The notes below the pieces were generated by a model that worked only from the letters and a program-made list of their open reading frames with translations, ran no database searches and was not told the DNA's origin. A stretch of 64,000 nucleotides of DNA, taken from positions 67,396,001-67,460,000 of the forward strand of contig NC_087437.1 in assembly GCF_036321535.1 (NCBI RefSeq). The letters run 5' to 3'. The position numbers and the translations under genes were made by a program. The stretch is from Camelus dromedarius (taxonomy: Eukaryota). How positions within the stretch are numbered: the first letter of the stretch is position 1; each line of letters begins with the position of its first letter. This document shows positions 1 through 12,420 of this stretch, one piece after another.

Positions 1-1600
1 TATTGGCCATTTGTATATCTTTCTTGAAGAAATGTCTATTCAAGTTTTTTTAAATTGGGTTATTTTGTTATTGACTTGTAGGAATTTATTATATATTCTG
101 GATATTAACCCCTTATCAGTTGTACAGTTTGCAGATACTTTTTTCCTATTCTGTAGATTGCCTTTTCACTGTTTATTGTGTCCTTTGATGCACAGAAGTT
201 TTAAATTTGGTTTGGTCCAATTCATCTAACTTTTGTTTTGGTGGCTGTGCTTTTGGTGTCATATCCAAGAAATCATTGCTGAATCCAATGTCATGAAGAA
301 TTCCGCCTATGTTTTCATCTCTTAGTTTTATAGATTTATCTCTTATATTTAGGCCTTTGATGCATTTTTAATTAATTTTGGTATATGGTGTAAGGTATGA
401 GTCCAGCTTTATTCTTTTGTATGTAGATACCTAGTTTTCACAGCACTATTTGTTGAAAAGACCATCCTTTCCTCATTGAATGGTCTTGGCACGTGTGACA
501 AAAATCATTTGGTCTTATAAGTAAGTTTTATTTCTGGGCTGTCTGCTCTATTCGATTGGTCCGTCTGTCTGTCTTTCTTTCAGTACTACACTGTTTTGAT
601 TATTGTGAATTTGTAGTAAGTTTTGAAGTTGGGAAGTGGGAGACCCTCCAACTTTGTTTTTGTTTTTCAGTATATTTTGGCTATTTGATGACCCTTGAAA
701 TTCCACATGAATGAATTTTTGTATTTCTGCAAAATAAATTGTTGGGATTTTTATAGGGATTTCATTGGATCTATAGATCACTTTGAGTAGTACTGGTATC
801 TTAACAATATTAACTATCCCAACTCATGAACATTGATGTCTTTTATTTATTTGTGCATTTAGTTTCTTTCATCAACACTTTGAAATTTTCAGTGTATAAG
901 ACTTTGCTTCCTTGTTTAAATTTATTTCTAAATATTTTATTCTTTTTGATATTATGAATGGGATTTTTAAAAAATCCCTGTTGGATTGTTCACTATTAGT
1001 GTGTGAAAACACAGCTAATTTTCGCATGTTGATTTTGTATCCTGTAGATTTGCTGAATTTATTTATTAATTCTAAGGTTTTTAATGAAATCTTTAGGATT
1101 TCCTACATGTAAGATTATGTCATCCGTGAACAGAGATAATTTTACTTTTTCCTTTCTAATTTGGGTGCCTTTTATTTATTTTCTTACCTAATTGCTCTGG
1201 ATAGAACTTCCAGTGTCATGTTCAGTAGAAGAGGTGAAAGCAAGTATCCTTGTCTTGTTTCTGATCTGGGAAGAAAAGCTTTTTGTCTGTCCTTATTGAG
1301 TATGATGTTTGCTGTGGGCTTTTTATATATGGGCTTTATTATGTTGAGGTAATTTCCTCCTCTTCCTAGTTTGTTGAGTGTTTTTATCATGAAAATGTGT
1401 TAAATTTTGTGAAATGCCTTTCTGCGTCAATTAAAATGATCTTGTGGTTATTTTCCTTCATTCTGTTTAGTGGTATATTATGTTGACTGATTTCTGTATG
1501 CTGGACCATCCTGGCATTACAGGAATAAATCTTACTTGGTTATGTTGTATAATCCTTTCAATGTGCTGTTGAATTCTGTTTGCTAGTATTTGTTGAGGAA
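1..1600 (-). mobile_element. LINE-1 ORF2 fragment (old L1M, decayed), runs off window start
   Basis: Minus-strand ORF 1184-1390 reads ...[12 protein letters not shown]...[26 protein letters not shown], matching the L1 ORF2 RT region ([25 protein letters not shown]). ORFs 548-781 and 1467-1709 are also ORF2-like. Many stops and frameshifts. Confidence 0.95.
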
Positions 1601-1829
1601 TCATAACTGTTTTGATATGGGGGGCACTCTCACACTGTACTTGAGGGTACCAAGACTTTGGGACAGGATGTGATCTGTTCAAAGGTATGCTTCTGGATAC
1701 CATTGTCAAGGTTGAGTCTAGAACCCAAGATTCCTGAATTCTCTTAGGAGGTTTTAATTGGCTTAAGTTTCAAATGAATCAGCAGTCTGGTTTTATTTCT
1801 AGAGATCTCTGTGATTCTCCTCTTGCTGA

Positions 1830-1945
1830 CATGTAGAAATTGCCTATGGAGCTTTAAAAAATACCAAGGCTTGGATTCCATTCACAGGGATTCTAGTCTT
1901 CTGATTTAATTGGCTTTGGGGTTGAGAGGAGCACCCAGGCAAATA
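1830..1945. mobile_element. MER5-like hAT-Charlie DNA transposon fragment
   Basis: ggagctttaaaaaataccaaggc...ttctgatttaattgg...cccaggca resembles the MER5A core. Confidence 0.6.
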
Positions 1946-1994
1946 TATACAAATATATATATAATTTTTTTGGTGGAACAGGACTCTCATGTAT

Positions 1995-2662
1995 TTATTT
2001 TAAAACTTAAAATATTCTGTATTTTTTTAGGGCAGTTTTAGGTTCGCAGCAAAATTGAGAGGCAGGCTAATATTTCCCATATACACTCTGACTCTACTAG
2101 TGCATAGCCTCCCCCATTATCAACATCCTGCACCAGAGTGGTGCATTTGATGCAGCTGAACTTGCACTGACACGTCATTATCACCCAAAGCTGTGGTTTA
2201 CATTAGGTTTCACTCTTGGTGTTGTCCAATTTATGGGTTTGGACAAATGTATAGTGACATATATCCACCATTACCATATCAAATCGAGTAGTTTCTCTGT
2301 CCTAACAATCGTGTTCTGCTCTTCCCATTCGTTCCTCTCTCCCTGCTAATCCTGGCAATCACTGATCTTTTCACTGTCTGTAGTTTTGCTTTTTCCAGAA
2401 TGTCATATGGTTGAAATCATATGGTATGTAACCTTTTCAGACTGGCTTATTTCACTTGCAACATGCATTTAAATTTCTTCCATGTCTTTTTATGACTTGA
2501 TAGCCCATTTCTTTTTAGTGCTAAATAGTATTCCATTTTCTAGAAGTACCACAGTTCATTTATCCATTCATCTACTGAAAGACATCTTAGTGGCTTCCAT
2601 GTTTGGGAAATTATGAATAAAGCTGCTATAAACATCTTTGTGTAGGTTTTTATGTGGACATT
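1995..2662 (-). mobile_element. L1 3' end (L1MC1-like)
   Basis: gcagttttaggttcgcagcaaaattgagag...cccccattatcaacatcctgcaccagagtggt...tatgggtttggacaaatgtata is typical L1MC 3'UTR. ORF 2540-2794(-) contains the ORF2 C-terminal MFIAALFIISQTWK. Confidence 0.85.
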
Positions 2663-3784
2663 GCTTGCACCTTTTTGAATACACAGCAGTAATATTTTTA
2701 CCATGTGGCCAGAGTTAAGCACCTCTGCATAGACTTGATAACTGAGGAGAAAGGCCCGAGTATCATTAACATAGATGAGGTGGGGCAACACCATGAAGTC
2801 ACATCACCATCAGCTGTGAAAGCAGTGTTGTCATTGTGGAGAAGTAACTTGATGATGGCTATGAGCATTGCAGACTTTTAGTCTGTCAAACTGGAAGAAA
2901 TCTAGATGAGATTTTTTATCAGATGAAAAAAAGTATTAGACACCCTCATATGGGAATAAATGAGCATTCCTTTTAGTGACAGGGCAGAGTTCTTGGCCTG
3001 GTATGTTGTCACATAACAGGGAAATTAACTAGTGCTGAAGAGAGCACTACTCAAAAGGCAGCAAACTTTCTGCTTTCATATTGAAAGAAATCTAAGCTTG
3101 CTGGCTAATATCTATGCTCACTGTAAGGAAATTGTTGGGAAAAAATAGGGGCAACCAGACTTAGATTTCTGCATTAGTTTCACCAAAAGTCACTGCAGTT
3201 TTTAATCCCCTACACAGTTTTCCTAAGATGCCTTACAAAATTTCTTCAAAGAAATCTTGCTGAAATCATGACCTTATCAAAGAAATAGCCTCACTTGCTG
3301 ATTTATTTTAGAAGGGATTTTAAAGAGGATGAAAACTTTGTACAGTAAACCTTTATGAGAGACCATACTTAGTAAAATTTTACTTTATAGGCAACTGTGT
3401 TGCCTTGTTTAATTGATTCATATATACTGTAGAAAGCTTTATGAAATATAGTGTAACAGGTGCAAATAAAATTTATAGTTGATCACATATTATGCTTGTG
3501 ACCAGTCTTATGAAGAAGTTGGGCACCTGGCCTTAGTTAAGAACAGAAATCAATTTCATAAGATTAACTCTTATGGGAAAATAAGATTTAGCTTACATCT
3601 CTTGGTCTTGGAGGATCTGACTCAGTAAACAACCTAATAAAACTTCTTTAAAATGCTTTTCCTACTTTCTGCAAGGGACAGGGCAAGGTATGCATACAAT
3701 ACTGGAACATTTCCTGGTTGTGCTTTAGGTACTTGGGAAGGCAAATGCACTCTTTCACGCTGTGAGTTTTTAATTTGACCAATA

Positions 3785-4650
3785 AATTCACTGACAAGTA
3801 TTAAGTGAGCATCTATTATGAAGTCTGTTTTGGGAAGAGGAAGACAATGTAGAGATCATGGTGCTTCCAATCTCAAAAGACAGAAAAAGATGTTTCATTA
3901 TAATATGAGAAAGAACATGATTAACATCATAAGAGAAATTCAGCTGAAGTCCAGAGTTTAAGGGACTTATGTAGATCATTTTTGATTGACTTTCTAGAAG
4001 AAACAGTGTATAAGTTAGGCTTTGAAATATTTGAATGGGTAGAGATGGGGTAGGACATTCCAGGCTGAGAAAATGGCATGAAGCAAGGAGGTGGTGGCAG
4101 AGGCCAAGATGAGTTTGGGGAATGCTAGGTAGTCCCACCTGCTAGAACAAATGGGTCAGTAGAGGATATGTGTTTAGAAAAACGGATCTGTTGTCAGCCG
4201 AGGGAGGCTGGAGAGGGATTGGACGAGGTGAGCTGCCCAACTGGAAGAAGGCGTGAGAAGCCAACGTAATGCACAAGGAGCCCACATGAAGCAAAACAGC
4301 ACTTTATTGCAGTACAAGCAGGTGGTGCGCGCCCTCAGGCGGACGCACTTGTCCTTTTATAATGCCCGCGCGTGCGTATTGTTCATAATGCGCGCTCATG
4401 CTACTTAGCACACGTGTACATTTACTTCTTACCTCATACACATGCAAGTTATTGTGAACTTTGACCTGGGTCCCACGACCTACTCACTTAAGACTGCCGA
4501 CATCTGTGAATAAAGTCAAGGTATGGGAAAGTTAAGGAGGGGCCAGGACGGTGGATTTGTAGGGGAAGAGAGGCTGGTAGCAGGGAGGCAGCATTTACTG
4601 GACAGTGGTGATTGGGAGGAGAACAGAGAGAAGGCTGCGGAGGCACTAGC
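3785..4650 (-). mobile_element. L2 3' region, interrupted by the solo LTR at 4192-4502
   Basis: attcactgacaagtattaagtgagcatctattatg and the purine-rich gaaggacattccaggc... tract are typical of antisense L2. Confidence 0.65.
4192..4502 (-). mobile_element. Young solo LTR of an endogenous retrovirus (311 bp)
   Basis: Minus strand starts TGTCGGC and ends GCTGACA. Perfect 5-bp TSD tctgt at 4187-4191 and 4503-4507. TATAAAA (ttttata, 4355-4361) lies upstream of AATAAA (tttatt, 4303-4308). About 17 CpGs are retained. Confidence 0.9.
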
Positions 4651-5239
4651 TTGTGAAGCCGGAGCGTTGGTTAGCCAGGCTGGCTCGTCGTCTGGAATGT
4701 GTGTGCCATGAATGGCAGCACGACCTGGTTTTAACCTGGGCAGAGTGAGTGCCCCACCCAGAGCTCCAGTTCCCAGGACGCAGTTCCTCAGCACATCTCC
4801 ACTCTCAGATAAGCGCAAAGAAAGGAAATCTCCCCTTTGAACAGGCACTCTCTGAGACTGATCTGTGCTACGAGAGATTGATTCTCAGAGCAGCCTGGGA
4901 AAACTGGGCGTCTGCCAACCGTAAATGGAACTCAGACCTTAGAAAGCTCCAGGGTACTGCAAAGGTTGTCCCCAGGATGCCTGCACGGAGTTTAATGTAC
5001 CCTGAGAACCTTTCCAGCTCTGTGGCTGAGATGGCTCGAAATCAATATGGGGTCCCGCCTGCTTTCTCACCTATGTAGCAAGTGGGGAGATGCAAGCTCT
5101 GTGACCCCAGATGTCCTCATTACCAGCACTGACTCGCTAGGCAGTTTCAGGTAATTTACTCATTATTGAAAGTCGCATTTCAAGTGGAGAAGATCATTCC
5201 AGGACAATGAAATCTTTTGCAGTGGGCTCCTTTGGGGAT

Positions 5240-5390
5240 CCTGACTCAGACTGCAACCCATGGAAAGTTCTAGGTTGTTTGCCTTCTCATAAAAACACAT
5301 CCCCCGCACCAGGCTTTGTAGTCTTTGCACCAGCTGTTTCCCCTTCCAAAGTAGATCATTCAGAATGCCTGATGGAGAGTTCAGGTAAGA
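5240..5390 (+). promoter_or_regulatory. Candidate promoter plus short first exon ending in a strong splice donor
   Basis: AP-1 TGACTCA 5242-5248, TGGAAA 5261-5266, TATA-like CATAAAA 5288-5294, ATGs at 5365 and 5372, donor CAG|GTAAGA at 5384/5385. Motif evidence only. Confidence 0.35.
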
Positions 5391-6085
5391 AATCACAGGG
5401 TTGTGTGTCTGTTCTTGATTTCCTCCAGCTTGTTTTTCTGTTTGTTTTCTCCTTCAAGGTAGGCTGACTGACCTCCCAGAGCTTAAAAGTGAGATGTCTT
5501 CTGTCTTCACTTGTCTCCCAAGAGTATGGGCTGGAGCCAGGCTTATACCTGACTGTAATGGAGAATAACCCCTCCGGCTGCAGGGAAGGAAAATGCAAAG
5601 ACAGTTCTGAAAACAGCAAAGAGGGCTATAGAAAGCTCTCAGAGGCAGCACTGTTTCTTCGATAGAGATGAAGGAATTCTTAACAGGGGCCAGCAAGTGG
5701 GCCCTGGGGTTTATATTCCCACTCTGCCCACTGTCTCTGCAGGAGAGCATCACACAGGAGCTTATAGTCAGGAAGAGGGAAGCCAGGGTCTTCTTATGTT
5801 CCACAGAAAATAGAAAATGTTTTCCTTCTCTTCCCAAACTGCAGCAGAACAACTTAGTTTGATGAAGAACCTACAGTGTCCAGACTACCTGATCTCTAAC
5901 AAATAAACTATCTCCCATGCAGGGCAAGAGAACATGGGCTTAAAGTGCAGAGTGAGGAGCTTTGATGGAGGAATACGATGATGTGTCTTTTTAAAATTTT
6001 TATAATTTTTTATTACAGTGTAATTGGCATATTGTGACGCATCTTTTGATGGTGAAGGTTGTTAAGCCCTACTGTGAGTTAATGA

Positions 6086-6104
6086 GGGAGGGTGGGAGGG
6101 AGGG
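6086..6104 (+). other. G-quadruplex-forming motif
   Basis: GGG-A-GGG-T-GGG-A-GGG-A-GGG: five G3 tracts with 1-nt loops. Confidence 0.8.
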
Positions 6105-6189
6105 AATGTTCCGAAGGAGTCCTTGCCCAGGCACAGCAGACAAACAAAAAGCCATCCTAACATCCATTCCTAAAGTTCTTGGATATAGA

Positions 6190-6355
6190 CCAGGGCCAGC
6201 AAACTATTACCCTTGGCCAGCTGCCTTTTTTATATATATAAAGTTTCACTGGGACACAGCTGTGCTTATTATTTACACGTTGTTCCTGGCTGCCTTCTTG
6301 CTGCAGTGGCAGAGGTGAGCAGTTGCACCAAGAATGCAGGGTCTATAAGCCTCAC
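6190..6355 (+). mobile_element. MER58A-like hAT-Charlie MITE (partial)
   Basis: cagggccagcaaacta...aaagtttcactgggacacagc...ggcagaggtgagcagttgc. Confidence 0.8.
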
Positions 6356-6394
6356 GTGTACGCAGAGTATTATCTTCTGGTTGTAATTGTGGTA

Positions 6395-6522
6395 ACAGCT
6401 TGTGCTGTACAATACTTTAGAGCTTTCTAAGAACTTTCACATCTATTATATCATTTGGCCTCCACACCAACACTGTGAGATAGGCAGAGAAAACATGATC
6501 GCTATTTTGCAGATAACGAAAC
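6395..6522 (-). mobile_element. MIR SINE
   Basis: actttcacatctattatatcatttggcctccacacc...attttgcagataacgaaac (MIR core). Confidence 0.7.
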
Positions 6523-6609
6523 CCCTGACACTATCTAGTTACTAACTGGTTAAGAACCAGTGATGGCTAGAGAAGATCATTAGGGGCTCTAAAACTGAAG
6601 AGGTTCATG

Positions 6610-7088
6610 ATGACAGGTGGTACCCCTGACCCTGATGCTTCACCTCTCCCCATAGCTACAGCCTTTGCCACGTGTCTCTCAAAAGGCCGTTGGTACTTTC
6701 CTATCTCTTGAATTTGGGCTTTGCTCTTTGACTTGCCTTGTGTAGTGAGATGTTAGTAGACAAGATTCTAGCAGGTATTTACAGTGTCCTGCTCACTGAG
6801 ACTTGCCTTCTCTTGTGCTGCGGTCAGTGCCAAGAGTAGAACATGCTCGAGCCAGCCTAATGGTGCAGTAAAGAGGAGGGACAGGTGTAGCAGAGCCACC
6901 TGGTGGTCTCTAGCCCTACTCTGCAAAGCAGGTCTGCTCTAGCCATTCTGGGCTGGAGCAAAGCTGACTAGCCGAGTCCACTGGAGATGAGACAATGCCC
7001 AATTGACTTTAGATCACAGATGTTTTAAGTCACTGAGTTTTGGGATGCCTTGTTACACGGTATTTTTTAGCAATTGTTGACTGATCCA
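6610..7088 (+). mobile_element. MLT1 (ERVL-MaLR) solo LTR
   Basis: cttgaatttgggctttg...tgttttaagtcactgagttttggg...ttgttacac...gactgatcca matches the MLT1H/I/J-type 3' end. Confidence 0.75.
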
Positions 7089-7189
7089 AAGTACATTAGA
7101 CCATCACATAAATATAAGAAACTATTCTAGTTTCCCACACGGATTATTTCCTGTTATTTTGAAATAGCAGATATTATTCTGTCAAAAAC

Positions 7190-7210
7190 TTTTTTTTTTT
7201 TTTTTTTTTT
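7190..7210. repeat. poly(T) run (21 nt)
   Basis: Seen directly. Confidence 0.95.
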
Positions 7211-8856
7211 GGTGTTTCCCTGGTTTGCTGGGTACTTTGCTGCTCCCTCTAGCTGCCAGTTGGGTGATACAGGATAGCTCTGTTGTCCTCGCTGCCGGCA
7301 TAAGTGAGAGATTTAAAAGCTCCGATGACACAGTCATGAGAAAAGGCTTGTACAGGACTCACAAGTCCCTGTGAAGCAGCCATGTGGGTTCTGAGTCTCC
7401 AGCTGATTTTCAGGACAAATTCACTCACTAGTTCTCTTGCTGAGGACTTGGTGTTTGCCAGACCAGAGGCAGAGAGACTGCTTGGAGACCTCCCATGCAA
7501 AAGCCTTTCCTTTCTGTATTGGGGCATTTTGTCTTAGTGATGCCCCTTTTATTTCTAAGGATCAATGGAGCCTAGCAAGCCAGGAGATGAAGAAATCCCC
7601 CAGCTTGCAAATATACTCATTTCCTCAGCTTTTTCTTTCACTCTCTGCCCTTCATCCTTTTCTGTTCTCGTTTACTTTTCAGTCCCACAGCACGAAACTC
7701 TCCAGGGCTTGAAAGAAGGGTTTTCTTGGCATCCAGTCAATCCAGAGAGTGTAGCATCTTGGAGAGTAATCAGAGAGGATGGGGGGCCCTGGAGCTTTTG
7801 CAACACGGAAGAAAAAAGCCGCCCACCTCCCCCTCTCCCACCAGCCCCTCCTTTCCTCTCCTGGGATCCTGCAGAAGTTCAACTCATTCATCAACATGTC
7901 TTCCTCTCTTGAAAAAATAAACCAGCAAAACAGGAGACGGCTTTAGAAAGCCTCTGTAAAAACTGCTTAAAGAAACAGGCTCTTTTTACTCCCGTCAGAT
8001 GCTCTTGAAACCAAGCACATGTCTAAACAACTTTATTATTTAGATAATCTGAGTTATCCACAAAACCACATTTTGACCTGAAGGATTCAAATAATTTCAG
8101 GTCGAAGCATTTGGGAGCAAGAGGGTCCTAGATAATTCATGTGGTATACGCAGCCTGTGATATAGCAAAGCCCTTCTTTGAAGGGGCAAAATCAGGCTGC
8201 TCTGTTGCCCTCAAGACTCAACCATGGAAACTTACCTAGCTTTAGATATCTAAGGGGGTGCTAGGGCAGGGGGCTGTGGCCGTCTTACTCTTGAATGAAG
8301 AGAAAGTCTCTTTGCTGGTAGATCTAAGCCAGCTCAGAAGATTTTGGAGTGACCCCCGCCCCCATCCTTTCCACCTCTGCCATTCCAGTTCTGACTCATT
8401 TCTTATCTGCTGGTCTGCACATAACCTACCATGTTTAGAATCAGGGCAAAAATCATGGGCACACCTGGTCTCCAGGTCTCCTCCTCCTCTAAAAGGAGGG
8501 TCATCCAGGCTTTTTCCACTCTTCCTGTGTTTAAAATGTAAACTCTGAAACCATATGCATTCTGGAAACAGTAACTTCCTTCCACTGATAGCATGTGGCA
8601 TCCTTGTCAGCTGTGTGGCTGCCACTGCTAGGATCGAGAGATGTCTCAGTTTTGAGTAAGGAGAGCTTTGCAGGTCACACTGGGAGAGGCTTGGATGTGG
8701 TATAATAGGTCCTACACGTGGTCACCAGAGCTTTGATGGCTGAGGACCAGCTCAGGGAAAATGGGTTTGAGGTGATTCCCCACAGCTGTATTTAAAATTG
8801 AACACAAGAGACTGAAGGCAGAGGGAATGGCTAGGGGGTAGTTACTGCAATTTAGG

Positions 8857-9045
8857 TCAGTGCTTCCCAGGGTGAATTTCAGGTAATGCTACAACCACAG
8901 GGGTTCCGTGATCAAATATTTCATCTCTCCCTTGGAGATTCACAGTGCACAGGAGCACATTAAAATCTCTAAGAGGTCTTTCAGTAAAACCTTGTAACTG
9001 TGTTTAACACAGTGTTTTCCAAACATAGCTGACTACAGAACCGTC
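8857..9045 (+). mobile_element. MER103C-like hAT-Charlie fragment
   Basis: gggttccgtgatcaaata...ccttggagattcacagtgcac...ttttccaaacatagctgactacagaacc. Confidence 0.75.
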
Positions 9046-10034
9046 TTCATGCATAGCACCTATTAACAAGGTTTGGCACTAGTTCTTGACTGAGGAACAG
9101 AAGAATGGGATAGGGGCCAAGGAGTGAAAGGGGACAATTCTGAGGTCCAAAGACCGCTATGGTCTCAGGTCTGGGAGGGAAGAGTATGGTGCAAACATTG
9201 CCAGTAATATAGATAGTGAGGATGATGTCAATTTTTGACATGTGGGGATTTTGATCACGATGTGGGTGACTGAATAAGCTCCAATTTTTTTGTCTTTTAT
9301 GTCAACTCTATTAGTCCAAATTAAAAATAACATCCAGGGCCCAGACCCAATTTATTCAGAGATACGTAATATTGGCTTGGACAGGAAAGACTCCCTATGG
9401 AATATTTTAATTGGTTCAGCTAAAATTTCTACTCTATTAGATTTTATTCCATTTCCAGTTTAGTAGTATGACTGAATCCTAGTAAGTCAAATATTATAAT
9501 TAAAAAAAGAGAGAATTGCCAGTTTTCCCCTCAGCTAGGATGGATGAGATAGTGGATATTTTTAACTTCAAGTGAGAAGGCTTTACTTACCCACTCCTAG
9601 AGGTCCCTGGGTCACCCCTGCCTGAGACAGATTTCCTTGCTCTTGGGCTGTGTCCATCACCACTTTCGTCACTGCTGTTCTTAGTTTGCAGAACCTTCCA
9701 GACAAAGTGGCAGAGTCCTGGAGGGCTTGCCGACTACACGCCTAATGTTCCCTTCCCTCAGAGGGGGTCTTTGCTGCTGTCCAGCAGTCCTTCCTGATTT
9801 CTGTTGGGGACCATTCCAGATTTCTCCTCATGCTTTAACCCCACTCTAATAGACAGTCCCACCTGCTCCTTTATTGAGAAGACCAAGCTACAACCTCAGT
9901 TTTCATAATACCTCCTACCTTGAAGGATGCACGAAGAATTGAGTGGTAATATGTGCGAGCATCCTACGCAGTGTCTGAGACATACAGAGCACTAAGGTGT
10001 AGCTATTCTTATGCTTACTACTTCTATTCTTATT

Positions 10035-11060
10035 TTTTAATCAACTTTTTTGAGTCATAATTTACATAAAATAAAATGCACAAATTTTAAGCATATAGTT
10101 TGATGAGGTTTTGTATGTATATGCATCATGTATCCACCACCCTAATCAAAACAGAACATTCCCATTTTCCAGAGAGTTCTTTCATGCATTTTACAATCGA
10201 TTTCTTCCGTCTCCTGTTCCTAACACTGCTCTGATCCCTATCATTTTCCATTTGTTTCACATGTTCTAGACTTCTTTCAGTTGGAGTAGTTACGCACTTT
10301 ATATACAGTATTTCCTTTTTGTGTCAGATTTCTTTTGCTCAGCATAATTTAAAAAATTTTTTCTTCCATGTTGTTGAATGTTTAACTGTTGTTGACTGAA
10401 CATTCTTTGTATTGTGGAGTAGTATTTCATTGTGTGACTATACACAACTGTTTTCATGTGACTGTGTATAATTTATCCTTTTACCCTTGATGAGCAATTG
10501 AGTTATTTCAGCTTTTCTATTGTCAATAAAGCTGTTATGAACAGTCATCTAGAAGAGTTTATATGGACGTGTGTATGTTACGTTTTTCTCTTCTCTTGAA
10601 GAACAGAATTATTGGATTATGTGGTTAGTGTATGTTTAACTTTTTAAGAAACCATCAAACTGTTTTCTAAAGTGGCTATGCCACCTTACACTCCAAACAG
10701 CAATGGATGGAAGTTCGAGTTGTTCCACATTCATATTGCATTTGTTATTATTAGTTTCAATTTTAGTCATGCCAGTGACATGGTATCATGCTGTGGTCTT
10801 AATATGTGTTTTCTTGGTGGCAAGTGATGTTGAGCCTCTCTTTATATATTTACTGGCCATTTGTGTGTCTCCTTTTATGAAGTCTCTTACACATATTACC
10901 CACATTTTCATAAATTGGCTTACTTGTCTTCTTCTTGAGTTAGAAGAGTTTTCTTTAATGAGTTGTGACACATATCCTTTGTTAGATGTATGTATTCCAA
11001 ATATTTTCTCCAAGCCTTTGGCTTGACTTTTCACTTCTTAATGGTATCTTTTTATAATTT
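10035..11060 (-). mobile_element. L1 3' end and ORF2 C-terminus (L1MB/L1ME-type)
   Basis: ataatttacataaaataaaatgcacaaattttaag 3' terminus. ORF 10786-11034(-) contains EKIFGIHTSNKG...QMASKYIKRGSTSL, which is ORF2-like. Confidence 0.85.
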
Positions 11061-12420
11061 TAGTTGTTGCTCTGGAGAAAACAATATACATCCTTACCTT
11101 TCAGAGTTTATTTAATGTTGTATCACTTCATATTTCTAATTTTACAATTCTCAATTCTTTCTACACACATTATTTTTCCTATTTCACTAATATAAAAATG
11201 TCACAATAATATAATTCCACTTACCCACCCTCACCGTCCTTTGTCCTAAAGTGGTCATATCTTTTACTTGTGTATATATTAGAAACTAACCTTAGAAAAC
11301 TGTTGCTTTTGCTTTAGTGAGTAAGTTGTTTTTAAAGGAAATTAAAAGAAGGAAAAGCTTTTCTTATATTTACTCGTACATATATTTGCTGTCTCCATTT
11401 CTTCATATTAGTTCCATTTAATATCACTTCCTTTCAACCTGAAAGATATTTCTTAACAGTTCTTAAAATGCTGGTCTGCAGGCAACAGGTTTCTCAGACT
11501 TTTTAAAAAGAAAGTATCTTCATTTCATCCTCATTTTATAGAGGAATATTTGCCGACTGGTTATAGAATTCTGGGCTGACTGCTGTTTTTATTTTTTCTT
11601 TCAGCACTTTAAATATGTCATTCCTTATTGTTAATGTACGGCCTTTTGAAGTCTCAGCTGGATGCTGAGTGCTAATGAGGTCTTAACAGTGTTTTAAGGA
11701 AGTTTCTCCACTCTGGCCAGTCTGGAGCTCTAATATAACTCTGCTTGACCTCTAGTATTTCTGTTCTACTCAGCCTCATAGCAATTTCTTTCTTGTGAGT
11801 GTCATGTAATCTCTCCTTGCACATAAACAGCCCAGCCCTCAGCCAAGGACTCACTGGAGTACCCCATTTAGAGTTCTGGGCCTCACTTCTGCACAGGTCC
11901 CTCCTGCTTACTAGAATGCTGCTCAGATTCCAGCCCCTTCTGTGTCTCCAGACTGATGTGAGACTCTGTAGCTCAGGTGGAATGCTGTAATCTGTTTAGA
12001 TTCCAGGTCCAGCTCCATCTGTCGTGGGAAATTTTCCCCAGACGGAAAGCAGAGTAGGGTGGTAGCTGGTACACATCATGCTCATCTTGTAAGCTTTCCT
12101 ATTTTCCAGTACCTTAAAGTAATTTCCCTTAATATTTTCCCCAGTTTTATAGTGATTTAAGGAGTGTTGGAGTCAGCTCAAACCAGCTCATAAAAGGCAA
12201 AGTTTAAATTTTTAGGAAATTTTGCCAGTCAGTTGTTAAACCATTGGTAGGTTGAAATCAGCCATGGGGGGAAGTGTGTTTGCAGTGGAGACAGGCAAGT
12301 GTTACAAAGCAAAGTGTTTTTTTGTTTGTTCGTTTAAAGAGAACTGGTTGCTAAACGTTTGCCAGCACACCAGTGTTTATGGTGGGAGGGCTAGTCAGGT
12401 ACTAATTGCTCTATCATGGC
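11060..12420 (-). mobile_element. Old L1M 5' region (ORF1/5'UTR, or HAL1-like), interrupted by MER63
   Basis: ggttatagaattctgggctgac...ttctttcagcactttaaatatgtcattcc is the characteristic antisense L1 ORF1 motif. Confidence 0.65.
12162..12376 (-). mobile_element. MER63-like hAT-Blackjack element
   Basis: Ends ...gagaactggttgctaaacgtttgccagcacaccagtg, the reverse complement of the MER63 terminus. Internal gaaatcagccatgg. Confidence 0.7.

Noticed and set aside
1184..1709. Reverse-transcriptase-like ORFs (also 15109-15574, 36284-36481, 40354-40623)
   Set aside because: Broken LINE-1 ORF2 relics with frameshifts and stops. They are not a functional RT or a novel retroelement system.
4516..5078. 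ORFs flanking the young LTR as a possible proviral gag/env remnant
   Set aside because: The TSD directly flanks the single LTR, so it is a solo LTR. There is no PBS or internal sequence, and the flank is L2-derived or unique DNA.
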